Positions 11,911 to 24,857 of a stretch of 64,000 nt of DNA are shown piece by piece (position 1 is the stretch's first letter; each line of letters begins with the position of its first letter). This DNA comes from Camelus dromedarius (taxonomy: Eukaryota). The translations under genes were made by a program, and so were the position numbers. Below the pieces are notes generated by a model. The model did not search any database and was not told where the DNA came from. It was given only the letters and a program-made list of their open reading frames with translations. The DNA is taken from contig NC_087436.1 in NCBI RefSeq assembly GCF_036321535.1, positions 50,470,001 to 50,534,000 of the forward strand, given 5' to 3'.

Positions 11911-13194
11911 TGCTTAAATTTTTAAACTCATTTATTTATACATAACATTAAATTATATTTTATGATTTTTTTCATTCAAACAGTGTTTATTTAATAATAT
12001 TATTTACATTTACCTGTAATAATAAGGAAATCTTTAGAGAAAAAGATTATCAGAATACATAGTTGAAATCACTTAGGTAAAATAAAATGTCTTATGGTAA
12101 AAATCTAATAATATTTCCTACAAAATTAAAATAACTGTTAGCACCCTTATTAAGTACTTAAATAGCATGGGTAAAAGCTTAACTGATGTTAGATAGGGAG
12201 TTCAAAGTTATACAGTGATAGAAAATACTAGAGGCAAAAATCTGATTTAAATGTTTCATTGGTGGCTTTATAGGAGTGAAAGCAAGCCATTTTCAAGAAG
12301 ACTGTACACAAATTCAAAGTTTAAGAAAAAAATCCAGAGTGCAAAGCAATTATCAACAGAGATTAATAACAAAAAAGATAATTTGTGTCACTATTTTAAC
12401 ATCTGCCTGAAAATTTTAATTGTCCAGCTTGAAGTGCTTTTAAAATATAGCTCTGAAATTAGGGGGAAACTATAGAATTTAGTGTGTATAATATGTGACT
12501 TGATCTTGAAGAAATTAGAAACTTTCCTATTCCTCTTCCTCAACTTGAGAATTAATCTGAGTCAAATCTTTTATAAGATGTAAGGGTAAGTCTTCAATCC
12601 ACAAATATTAATTAAAGTCCTACAATATTCCAGAGACTAGGGATACAGTTATAAACAGGACATATATATTCTCTGCCCTCCTAGAGCTTATTTACTATTA
12701 TGAAAAATAGACTTTACACAGATAATCATATAAGCAACCGTCTAACTAGTATAATTATGAGTTATGTTTAGTAGTATATCTACTTTATTCATTTACTCTT
12801 TCATTCAATCACCACATATTTGTTGAATATCCACTAGGATACAGCCACCATCTTCAGGTGAAAGCAAAAAAGAACAACAATTGTTTTCTCGTTGGTCGGT
12901 TTGTCTCTCGCAGGGAGACGGATTAGCAATTTCAAATTTAATGTTCGGGAAGGAAGGAGTTTAGTAGCTGGCCTGTGACTAATTTATTTCTCATTACTAC
13001 AGAAGAAAGGAAAAAGGAAGATGACCTAGTCTAATTTCCTCATAAACATGCTGATAAGAGTCTTATGGTTTACCTATGGAATCTATAGAATTATTTTTGC
13101 TGGATGTCACTGGTTTATGATTGCTTATGGTAAACAAATCTAGAATCTGTGAATTTGAGGCAATGTTCCCTTAAAAAAGTCATGCAATATATGG

Positions 13195-13790
13195 CTGTGT
13201 ATACAAATATCAAATCATTATGTTGTGCACCTGAAACTAATATGTTATATGTCAATAATACCCCAATTAAAAAAATTATCTAAATATCCTCATTAAGAAG
13301 ATAAAAAAGATGACCAAATGAAACTTAAAGTAAATAGAAGGAAATAATAAAGAGAAGAGTAGGTTTCAGTAAAATAAAAAACAATCAGAAAATTATCAAA
13401 GGCAAATGTTGATTCTTTGAAAAAATTGAAAATAATGCTAACCCCCAGAATGACTGATTAAAAAAAAGAAAACACAAAATACCATATTTATTGCAAATAT
13501 ATTTTCCAAATCTATAATCTGCAATTTATTTATAGTCTTTTAATGTTCAAAAATTATGTGCAAATTCTGTGACCAGCATTGTCTATGAATCATTTTTATT
13601 ATTTCTTTCATACATTTTGTCATAGAAAATCCTTCCTCATCTTGAGATAAATATGCACACATATTTTCTCTAGTATTTTTTTATAATTGTGTTTTTTTAT
13701 ACTTAATTCCTCAATACATCTAAAATTTATCCTGGTGGATAGTATAAGGTAAGGCTACAAATTGATTTTCTCTGATCACATCAATTTTCC
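13195..13790. mobile_element. Cluster of old L1 fragments: L1MA-type 3' end (+, 13195-13275), ORF2 piece (+, about 13290-13485), ORF2 piece (-, about 13490-13790)
   Basis: atcaaatcattatgttgtgcacctgaaactaatat..., gattctttgaaaaaattga and ttgcaaatatattttcc motifs. Confidence 0.6.
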
Positions 13791-14270
13791 CTTTCATAGC
13801 TTTAAATTTTAAATGTCTAACAGCTGTGAAAGAGTATCACTGCCTAAATTTAATAACTCTAGATAAATCAAGTGTTAGGAGAAAGAAATCAAACCACGGC
13901 AGAGGCAATAGAATTGAGGATCTTTTCATCAACTGCTGGTTGGTAAACAATTGATTGGAGCCATTGTTCCAGGGAATTTAAGAATCTTATATTTCCCAAG
14001 AATCACACAAAGGACAGTGCAATTTTAATTGGAAATAGTGTTATATTAATTAAAAGATCTGGAAATTTTTAAAATTCTAATGTTTTGGCTGATTCAGGTA
14101 AGTGTAGGGTTTATAAATTATAACAAATTTTAGATTCCTAAACTATCTTAACATTGTTAAAATTCTCTAATTCACTCAAAGGTGAAGACACAGACTCAAA
14201 ACAACACCAGTATTTTCAGTGGTTTAGCTTGTGAAAAGCTAAAGCTGCTTTTTTTCATTGAAATACTTAC

Positions 14271-14324
14271 CACGTATGATACTAACAACAAATGGTATAT
14301 AAATGACAAATAAATTGTTTTCCC
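14271..14324 (-). other. Candidate 54-nt exon (an alternative acceptor at 14368 gives 98 nt)
   Basis: Consensus donor GTG|GTAAGTA. Moderate acceptor ATTCTCTTATGGTAG|. Open frame (G)ENNLFVIYIPFVVSIIR. Confidence 0.25.
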
Positions 14325-14804
14325 CTACCATAAGAGAATCATGCTTAAATACCCAAATTGACATTTTCCTACATTCAGGGAAGGAAATCATAAGACTTAT
14401 TTTATTCCACTTATTTAACATGTATTTATTTGTATGAGGCTCATATCTTCAATATTTTCTTCAGTGGAGAAAAAGAACAGTAATGTGCCCTTTTATACAA
14501 TAACAGGATACCTGATAATATTTATACTTCCACCAAACATTTCCATTTAGCTAATCAAGTTCTTTTAACACACGTCTTCTATCATTTAAAAAAGAAAGAG
14601 ATTGTTGTTTTGGTTTTTTTTTTTAACATAGTGACTTGTGACTGTTGGATTTTTCCTTTTAGTATTTTGCTTTCCTTTCATTTGAGCAAAGAATTTAATT
14701 CAAGCAGGATAATGTTACAAGAAAATAGAAAAATCCTGATTTTTCTCTCTGGATTTCAACTTTCAAAAACCTGAGTCCCAAGATAGGTCAGAGATTTTGA
14801 GTTG

Positions 14805-15263
14805 TGTTATAGGTAGAATAATGGCCACTCAAATATGTGCACATCCTGTTCCCTGGAACCTATGAACATGTTACCTTACATGGCAAAAAGGATTTTGCAA
14901 ATATGATTACATTAATAATCTTGGGCTAGGGAGACTATTCTGGACTATCAAGGTGGGCATAATGTATCACTAGGGTCCTTATCAGTGAAAGAGGAAGACA
15001 GTAGGCCAAGAGTCAGAAAAAGAGATGTGAGGATGGAAGCAGAGTTTATAATGATGTGATTGCTGGCTGAGAGAGACAAGCCAAGGGCAGCCTCTAGACA
15101 CTAGAAAAGTCAAGCAAAGGAATTCTCCTCCAGAGGCCCCAGAATGAAGACAGCCCTGACAATACCTTGGTTTTAGCCTAGAACTGTAAATAATAAATCT
15201 GTGTTGTTTTAAGACATTAAGTTTGTGACAATTTGTTGCAATGGTGACAGGAAAACTAACACA
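14805..15263 (+). mobile_element. MaLR solo LTR, MLT1D-like
   Basis: TG...CA ends; gaataatggcc...ccctggaacctatgaacatgttaccttacatggcaaaaaggattttgca; aataaatctgtgttgttttaag...aactaacaca. Confidence 0.85.
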
Positions 15264-17934
15264 AAATACAAACAAAACATTCGGAGTAAAAATACACAGA
15301 GAGAAGACCCCTTCACTCCCTACACCTCAAGCTCTCCAGCAATTCTATGAAAAACATAACAAAGACCTGGAAAGGTTTCACCGATACAGTACATCTAGGC
15401 TTGTCAAAACCTGATCAGCCTTCCAGGAGGATTCCCCAAGCATTACACTAAATTAGCAAAAAGATACAAAGTCAGAATGGTCATGCTAACTTAAACCATG
15501 GCATATCAACTGTAACCTTTGAACTATGATACATATTTAATAATTGCATCCCCGATTCCTAAAATCTTGATATAACAAATGCTTCTGGAACTAATTTGGA
15601 GGTAGAAGACAGGAAACGCAAAAGAGACTGCGATTAAAATTTGCTGGCAATCCAGAGAGATAGAATATTCATATTGAACATTAAGTGGAGCAAAAAAAAA
15701 AAGAGTATGTTTCCCTATAAATGAGTTTTTAAACTGTGATTCATAACTGCTACATCTTCCTTAACTAGGTATTCCTTGATTTTACACCACAGATGTTTTC
15801 TTAGCATATAGTAGATATACAAAAAAAATTTACTATAGATAATTCCTTAAAATGTAAATCAACTATGAAACCATGCTTCCAGGGATAAATCACTTTCCAG
15901 TTATAGTAACATCCTGATTGTTCTCTAGATTTTCTCTGAGTTCTACACATGTCACTAGCTGTGAAAAACAAAAGTAGACATTTTAATGAGTATCTTGATA
16001 TTGAGTTCAATTAAAAAGTTCATCCCATAGTTTCTACACACTATGTTTTTGCCTTATTTTAATATATGAGCCACCAAAAAGGAAACAAGAAAGTCTGAGT
16101 TAAAATCCTATTTATCAGTTTTACTAATTGGATATATTTAAGCGTTTTATCTACTCCCTTGTATGCCTCAAGGATAAACAGGATAAATATCTGCCTCTGT
16201 TTATTTTTCATAACGATGTCATAAACAATAAGTACAATCCAAGTTTTCAAGTCTTGACTAATCTTTGGGTACAAGCAAGACCAAACTAACAGAAGTAACT
16301 TAGATTTTATTTGCTCATTTCTCCCAACTCCATTATATATAGAACATTAGACCCTAGTTCCTTTAAATCCCCAAAGCATCTCACATATTTATGAACTGCT
16401 ATCTTATACTCTGCTCTGCCTTTTGCATAGTGCTGTCCTCTATCTCAGAGCCATTAACTGACACTGACTGTCCCCAAATGATTGTGACTCTGCAGCTAAA
16501 CATGCTGGGGGTGGGGACATACAAACACACTAGTTGATCTCCTTTAACATTCACAGCTACCAGTGTTATACAGGCACACTGACACCAGGAACAAGTCATA
16601 TTTTAACATGTTCTCTTCCTCCATACAACAAAGTAGTAATAATCACAACAGGAAACGAATATATTCTACAGGTCAACTAAAAATTGCATTCTCAGACAAA
16701 ACTATAACAACTCACAATTTGAACTTTGTTCCACTGCTGTAAAATTTAAACACAACTAAAAAGTGCGCACATAGAACAGCAGTTTTGAAATGAGTCAAGT
16801 ACTACCTTCTTTATAGTCACTGAGTTATCATTGTTTACTTCAAGTCTAGTGTTTAAACACAGGAATATGTACAGATGCAAAACTTTAATATAGTTTCATT
16901 AGCACATTTTGTTAGACTTATGTCCTGAAGTCTTAAAATTTAATCTGAAATGAACATTTTATTGTAAGAATTCAAGTGCTTTCATTCACAGTGCTTATCA
17001 AACAATGTATATTATCCATGACACAAAAAGAATGTGTTAAAAAATATAGAAGTCTTTTACAAATTTTGAAAGGAACAACTAAATCATCTAGCAACAAACA
17101 AAATTATCCACTGATCCCCTGAAACTGATCAAAGAATTATTGACTAAAAAAGCCGTAAGTACTTTTATTGTTGAAAATAATAGCTTTTGTCTGCTATTAA
17201 GAATATATTTATATAATTATGCATATAATTACATGAGATTTATTTCATATTCAGCTTTTTGACAAGCCACAATAAACATTAACCTAAAAAGCAAAGAATT
17301 TTGTATACTAAGCTTTGAGTAACTGGGCTGTGGAAAATACAAATAAATTCATTTATAAGAATTTTTTCTGAAGCTGAATTTTAGGAGGTTTTTCCTTTGT
17401 GGAAAAAGGTGCGAGTATAAATAATTAAATGAATAGAAAATAAATGAAAACTTTTGGAATTGGTATAATCATAAATCTAATTATAAGGCATAACCCACAC
17501 ATCTTACAGATTTTTTAAATATTTTATTACTATTCAGTAAATGTCTATTACTTGAAAATTTAGATTCTGTACACAAGTAGCATGGAAGTCAAATGGGAAA
17601 TAGGGCATTGCTTCATAATTGTGAATTTAAGTATTAGTAGACTTCTAAATAAGCATTCTGCTTTTAAAAAATCAGGAAAGGCATAGATCATTTAGCAAAT
17701 AGCAGCTGTAGTCTACAAGACACATACTACAAGCATATGAACACACTTCAGAGTTAGTTTTGAAAACTCTTGACAGTTCTTTTACTCTGCTTTCTCTTTA
17801 TGGTATCTTTAATTAAATCTCTTCATGCTCTTAAATCCAAAAACATAAATATTGCAGTGCCTGTTTTCAGGTATTTTTTTTTCCCAGAGAAACAAGTGAG
17901 TCTTCCCTACTTGAATATTGTCCTGTCTAACCTT

Positions 17935-17979
17935 AAAACTGCTTTGTGAGAAAAAAAAAAAAAAAACTGCTCTGTGAGA
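17935..17979 (+). mobile_element. Poly(A)-only retrotransposition scar with 16-bp TSD
   Basis: TT|AAAACTGCTTTGTGAG, then an A run, then AAAACTGCTCTGTGAG (1 mismatch). Confidence 0.75.
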
Positions 17980-18069
17980 TGAATTCAGTTCAATTTCAGT
18001 AATTTTCTTGAGTGTCTACTTCTGCATTTGGTGCTTGACAGAAATTGATACGATGTATCTTCCCTCAGC

Positions 18070-18290
18070 AAATAATAATAGCAAAAATTCCTTGAGTATA
18101 CAGGGTATGCTACACACTATTAAGTGCTTTACTTACATTAACTCATCTAATTCTCACAACTACCTTCATTTTACAAGGAAGGAAAGTGAAGCATTAAGAG
18201 AAAATTAAGCATTTGGCTAAAATTACGCAGCTGGTGAGAGGTGCAGGTGAGTCTTAAATTCAGGCTGACTCTTGACCACAATGACCACAA
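18070..18290 (-). mobile_element. MIR SINE
   Basis: aagtgctttacttacattaactcatctaattctcacaac...cattttacaaggaaggaaagtgaagcattaagaga. Confidence 0.75.
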
Positions 18291-18555
18291 TGCACACTGT
18301 CCTGCCCCAAGAGAAGTATCCCACACATACAAAGAACTGTATTATAAGACATTAAATTACTCAAAACATAATAAAGGAAAGTGCCATGAAAGCACTGAGC
18401 CTTTGTATGTAATTCATTTCATCTAGGAAAACTGTGAATAGCTTTACAAAAGATAATGTTTGAGCTGAATAGTAAAGGCTGGGAGTATCAGCACAGCTGA
18501 AAGCAAAAGACATTTAAAGCCAAAGGCTCATCTTGAGATGACTGCCATGCCCTGT

Positions 18556-18738
18556 TTTAGTGGTTCCTGGACTCCGGAGTGCATAAGAATCACACTTGAG
18601 ATGTGTGATTCTTCACATCTATGCAGATTTCCTTGACATACACTCAGACACGTCATTCAGAGAGGCTGAAAATTCACATTCAGTAAGCCTTCAAAATGAT
18701 TCAAATGCAAGAATTTCAGGATTACACTGAGAAATACA
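18556..18738. mobile_element. MER5-type hAT-Charlie remnant
   Basis: tagtggttcc...gcataagaatcac...tgcagattt...acactgagaaatac. Confidence 0.5.
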
Positions 18739-21264
18739 AACCTAACCGACTTGAATCCCTGGCACCTACCTTCACACTGACTCCTTTCTGTAAGAAACCT
18801 CTTACCACCATCCTCACCCCAAGTAGAAAATTCTAAAACTAAGTCTAACCTCCCGCATGTAGAATGTAAGGAACATCGATGTAAACCGCAGGATCCAGCA
18901 TCTATCATCCTCACTTGTGGTCCAGCCCTGATCTTGCACTTGACGTCAAATAACTTGAGTATTCTCCTATTCACCATTTTTTGTCCCCATAACTGCTCCA
19001 GACCAGTCTTTTCACTGGTATAGAAAACTGAAAAGACTCCTTGTTCGAAGGTCTATATATTAAGTGAATTAGAATCCTTGGTTCTATAAAATATCCAGAA
19101 CAACACCACTTCCAAAACAAGGGCCCTGAATACTATACTCTTTCCAAGGCCCTATCTATGGACTAGAGTTCTGATCCTAACCTGTAGCCCAGAGGTTAGA
19201 ATACATGATACCAAATGAGTTTTGACACCAAAGTCTCCTTGCTTGTATTTCCAAGTGTCACCTGCTTCCAGATTGCCAAGCTATGCTCCACCTGTCAATT
19301 AGGATGACATCATTCATTAATTCTGTATGTACCCTACATTTAGTCCTGTTTTCCATCATCTCTCCTAACCATGGGGAAATTTGGTGTGTGCTTTTAGCTA
19401 GGGGAGAAAGTATTATTTCTTTTACATTTTTTATAAATTGGAGAGGGTGATACACAAAAAGACAAAAGTAACCCGATATACACAAACCTAGGATGAATCG
19501 AGATTTAAGAACTTTCATTAAATCAGGCAATATTTGCCTTCAACAAGAAAAGTCATTTTTACACACGTATAATATAAAATTCTAAGCATTTCACTGTCTC
19601 TTTCAGATATTAAACTGGCTCTTTAAAAACATGACATTTATACATATTTTCCTAACTGTGGCATAATTAGGACAGCACTTAGAGATTGAACCAAGAAATA
19701 AGAACCAGGCTAGTGATAAAAAAACAACTGATTTAGAGTCAAATTTAAAAAGCCAAAAACAAAAAATGTGTTGCTTTTTAATAATATAGTTTAAGTTATA
19801 AAAGTGATATAGTCACAGGAAAATGAGAAAATAAATACAGGTTCAGAGGAAAACACCCATAACCTCACCACCTCTTCATAGCCAATGTTAGTATTTTGAG
19901 GCATATCCTTCTGTTTTTGTATTATGTTTGCTAAAGTTCAATTTCAATCAAGACCAAAACACGATTGATCTTGCATTCCTGAGAGAAAGGCCAGACTCAA
20001 ATGTATAATTTATCAGTTTTTAAAAAGTAGAAAGGAGAGGATTCTTCCAAGGCTCTTAGAATTTTTAACCACATCAGGGAGGCAAAATGAAACCTACACA
20101 GGAGGGGGGAACTTTCAAGAGAAGATCTGGGGAGAAAGCTACTGAAATGCTAGGCATCCCACTGACACTCAAAGGGGAAGCACTGGGAATGCCCATCCCA
20201 TACCTCAAGCTCAATGATGAAGGAGGGAAACCGGCTTCAACAGAATGAGTGGGAGAGTGTAAAGTGGGGGTGTGGTAGGCTGGAGTCTGACACTCGATTG
20301 GGGAAATCTAGAGGGTGCAAAGTCTGACTGCTCTGATGGCGGGCCCAGGTGAGCGACTGCTGCGTGAGACTTGATCTCAACTTTTCTGAGTTGCTCAGGT
20401 TTAAAGATATGTGAAAAGTGGCCATGTGAAAGAATGCTAGAATTGTCTTCGGTCTCTAGAAGGTTGAAGGGATTCCAGCAACAAGAAATTGGAGGTGGAC
20501 TCAGAATTCCTAGGGGTTACAGAAAGTATCTCAGAAGACAACAGAAGAATAACAATTTTCAAGCTGAGGCACAGCATGAAGAAGTCCCAGATACAAAGAT
20601 CTGAGGAATCCACCAGAGTCCTCCATGAAAGGGATCAAGAGTCCACCATCTGCCAGCCCAGAGAGCCAAAGCCAGCTTACAGCACCAAGAGTTCCACTGA
20701 GAACTTTTTTATCCCTCCTTTCTCTCCTTTCTCCCAGGTGCATCAGTCATGGAAGGGCCTGACGTCAGGTTGGAAAACTTCAAATCAAGAACAGGAGGTG
20801 GAAGAGAAGCTATCCATACACCCTTCCCAAAAGCAAGTAGCCCACCTGAACGCTGTGCTGGCTGAAAGAGAATAGAAGATTTAAAGTTTGGAGGTCTGAT
20901 TAATACAACTTCACACTCTGATTTTTAAATTGATACTGTGTTTTATAATTTTGTTCATTTTTAAGCTTACATACAGAGGGAGAAACTTTCTCCACTAAAT
21001 TAATTTTAAAGGGGCTGAAGGAGACAAAAAAAAAATTTCATTTTGATTTCGTTCCTACAAGTTATGCTTGTATCAACTTAGTAGGCATAAACATATTATA
21101 TAGACATATGTGAATATATTATGATATAATATGTTTATATTACATATACTTTTGGAAAATAGTAGAACAATCTACACAGTTTTGTCTCCTAATATAATGG
21201 CATAAAGGAATACACTGGGAACATATTCCCCCTTGTCAACAGATATTATTCGACACTCTCCCTG

Positions 21265-21616
21265 CTCCAGTTGTCCTGAGAACAGCAGCTACAGCATGAC
21301 CTAAGAGCTTCTTAGATATGAAAATTCTCAGACTTTATCCTAGACCTAGTGAATCAGAATCTGCATTAAAATGAGACCACAAGTGATTCATATTCAGTGG
21401 TGTACTGGAGGTGGCTTTCATCTTAAGAGAGCCAATTGTGCACATTTCCTCCCAACTCTACATTCACTGGCATCACTTTGGTAGCTTGAAATCAGCCCTG
21501 GTGGAGTATTTATATCACAGAAATCATCAAACCAAAATTTGTGTCATAGAGCCAATTGTGAAGCATTTACCAGCTCACCACTGATTCACCTGCACATTAA
21601 AATTTAAGATGCATTT
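21265..21616. mobile_element. MER5A-like hAT-Charlie element interrupted by MER63
   Basis: agacctagtgaatcagaatctgcatt...gtgattcatat [insert] ...gcacattaaaatttaag. Confidence 0.7.
21395..21583. mobile_element. MER63A-like hAT-Blackjack MITE
   Basis: TIRs CAGTGGTGTACTGG and CCAGCTCACCACTG; internal gagagccaattgtgcacat...ggtagcttgaaatc; degenerate 8-bp TSD ATTCATAT/ATTCACCT. Confidence 0.75.
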
Positions 21617-23375
21617 GTCTACATTATTGTTCATTACTGCATAGTAATGTATTGACAAAAACATCCCATATTTAACTGATCTGTGCTTTACTGTTGAACT
21701 CAAGGTGCTTGCATTTTTGCTGTTGTAGCACTTAAACTAGCATTCATAGACGTGAATATTTTCATCCACTCTTTTTTATTTCTTCAAGATAAAATTTTGA
21801 AGTGTGACTGCTGCATTTGTATACTGACATTTATCTTGGTATATATTAGCAATTTCCCTTTATTTTTTCATCTTTGCCACTGATCTTTAAGAGGGAAGTC
21901 ATTTCCTGAAGTCCCAGAGAAATTGTTTATCCATTGAGCGTGCAAAGCTAGACGCTAATAATCTGAAGAACACAGTCTGTACATTAAATTTATTTATTAT
22001 TTCACCTTCTTTCCTTGTTTTATTTTATCTCATCAGTGATATCTTCCCCTTTTAACTCCAGCTGTTTTACACTCCTTTCTCTTCCTAGCCTCAGTTATTT
22101 TTAATCTTACTTTTGAGTTCTACAAATTCCCTAAAATTATAATTAGAAATTTGAGTGCATCTATATGTGCACATTTTTCTTGAGGAAGTTCTATGGATTT
22201 CATCATAAGCCCAGAATGCTCTCATTTCAGTTCTAGTGTCGGAAACTCCAGTAATAAACTCTCACAGAGTCCATCTCATAGAGGAAGAAATGTAACAGAC
22301 GCCCAAAGGATACCTCCCTAAATGCAATAACTGAGCATCCCATGATAGAGGCCAATTACAAGTTTACCTTTACAAGTAAGTCTACTGCACTAGAGTCCTT
22401 TGTCTGACTAGAAGCAACTCTCTTATCTACATGGCCAACTGCTAAACTCTGGGCAAGTGGTCACTTTTCTACTACAAAATACCCATCTAGGTAAAAACCC
22501 CTATGATACTAAAAATTCCACCTTTTTAAAGATTCTGCTTTGGTAAAGCAAGAATATGTAGACTCAAATTAGCCAAAGATTCTCAATAGGAGACCATGCC
22601 TAGAGACTTCTCAGTACGTATTTATTCACTCACCCTCTAACAGAAGCACGTATTTTGTTCAAGTGCTCCTTGGTTCATGTTTCATTTCCCTTTCTTCTCT
22701 GGGAAGTTATAAAATTTGGCAGACATCAACAATTTAAAGTCAGCGGAAATGAAACAACAATGAATGTAGCAGTCAGCTAAGAGTATGGAAGAAGATTATT
22801 AAGGAGGCACAAATATCCACAAAATACCAAGGCCTTGAACTATGGAAGAATACAGTTCAGTTTAATAAACAAATCACAAAGGGAGATTTGGACTAGTATG
22901 CAAGTCTATTCTAACAGGCCCTGAAGAAGGACAGAGCACAGACGAGATTTCACTAATCATTAATGGCATTCAATTATTCCCACCGCAGCCAAACAAGACA
23001 ATTTAGTGCTTCGCAGTCAACCCAAGGATTGAACTGTGCCTCAGGGGGAAAATAAATGTAGCTATTTATGCTTTATTGATTATTCATATTTTAAGTAAGT
23101 AAATTGAAACAAAAAGCTTCAGCAGGCTCTCACTCTGCATTAAGACAAAGCATAAAGTATCAGACAAAACAAAGAATACCAGGCCTATAGTTGGTTAACA
23201 AATTACAGGTTTTGCATTTGAATAAGATTTTTAGATGGCTTATATACACACAAGGTTAGAGAAGCACTGCTTTAAGGGACGGTGAAGCAACAAGGCAGGG
23301 GTTCTTATATCCCTGGGCCACCTCACAGAACAGAGCTACCCTGCAAGAAATAAGATACATGTAGGGCTGACCTAC

Positions 23376-23422
23376 CAAATCTTGCACTGAGACTTTCAAA
23401 ATGTCATTCTTTAATTTCTCTC
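23376..23422 (-). other. Candidate 47-nt exon
   Basis: Acceptor GTGTTTTCTTTGACTTAG|, donor TTG|GTAGGT. Single open frame (G)EKLKNDILKVSVQDL. Confidence 0.25.
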
Positions 23423-24857
23423 CTAAGTCAAAGAAAACACTGAACCACAGGATCTGAGGAGTGATTTCAGTCAACGGAAGGATCATTTCTACCCTGTAAA
23501 CATCTGTCAAGCACAGGTATTCATTCATCAATTCAGCAAATCTTATTGAATACTTGCTCCATGTGAGACATAAGTATCATATAAAATAGAACTAAAGCTG
23601 TTGTTTAGATAAACTGATGGGGGAAGCCTTTATTTTAATCAAATAGCTTATTTAGAAGTCAAGTTTGAAAATATCTAAATTATACAAATGGTTGTATAAT
23701 TGATCTTGCAGGGAATAATAAATATATGAATAATAAAAAATACTGAAAAAAGAAGGAAACAAGCCTGTTTCCTTGCAGTCACTATTATATTTTACAGAGT
23801 ATTGAAATATAAATTATTTAATTTTTTGAAAAATGATTTGCTCTGAAACCTGAAAAGGTAATTGCAAGTGTTTCTGTAGAACAATTTCTAAACAAATTGG
23901 AATCTTTGTAAAATTGTAAATAAAATAAGTAGGTCCTTTCACTTGTATGAATAAAAAATAATAGTATTCAGTGTATATTATAAAACACATTCCAGGTATA
24001 TTTTTATATTTGTATCCAGAAAATTCCTAACACTGGATGCATTTAATGAGTCCGAAATACCATATCCTGCTCAAAATACACAATATGGTAAATGATATAG
24101 AATGTACAGATTGTTCTATATGGGGCTAATTCTCTTTCTGTTATTAAATGTAAATACTTACTAATGGCTGTAATTCTTTCAAATTAACACAGGTTTTTTT
24201 TGCTTTGTTTTTTGTATTTTGTAGTATAGTATGAATAATCTTCACAAAGAACTCCATTCCCTTCTACAAAGGAATTACACACCTGCAAAAAAACTGATTC
24301 TGTTTCTATAAATGGGAATTATGGCTTTGGGGCTGACAGAGTTTTTCACTTTCTCCCACTGATAGACTTGGTTACAGGCTAAGAAAGCAAAAGGGGTATC
24401 ATAAATGTTTTAAATGAAGTTTATAAAGAGAGAAAAAATAAGTAAATATCTTTGAAATATAGATTTTTTAAAAGTATATTCAGAAAATAACAGATGCAAA
24501 AGGCTTCAGAGAGGAACATAAAGTAGGCCCCAAACCAGCAGAATAAGAGTCAGGCAACATGCTGGGATAGAATGCGGATGACATCACAAAAGAAGTCCTG
24601 CACCAAAACTTCTGCTGACTAACATAATCCTCCTTTCTCTCTCTCTGATCCCTCTTACTACCAAACCTAGAATGAAATTCCCTTTCCTACATCAGCATTA
24701 TATACAAAAGACTTTTGGTAATCTGTACAAATTATCTGGGAAGGGATAGACATATAGCACACTTCTAGTTATCAACATTCATTAACTGGCATCATTGTAT
24801 CTCTTTGATATCTTGGAAATTAAAAACAAAAAAAGAAGGAAGATAAAGGTTGAAAAT

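Noticed and set aside
17870..17902. + strand TTTTTTTTTCCCAG|AGAAACAA|GTGAGT microexon-like motif
   Set aside because: 8 nt (frame-shifting), opposite to the inferred host strand, and no other support.
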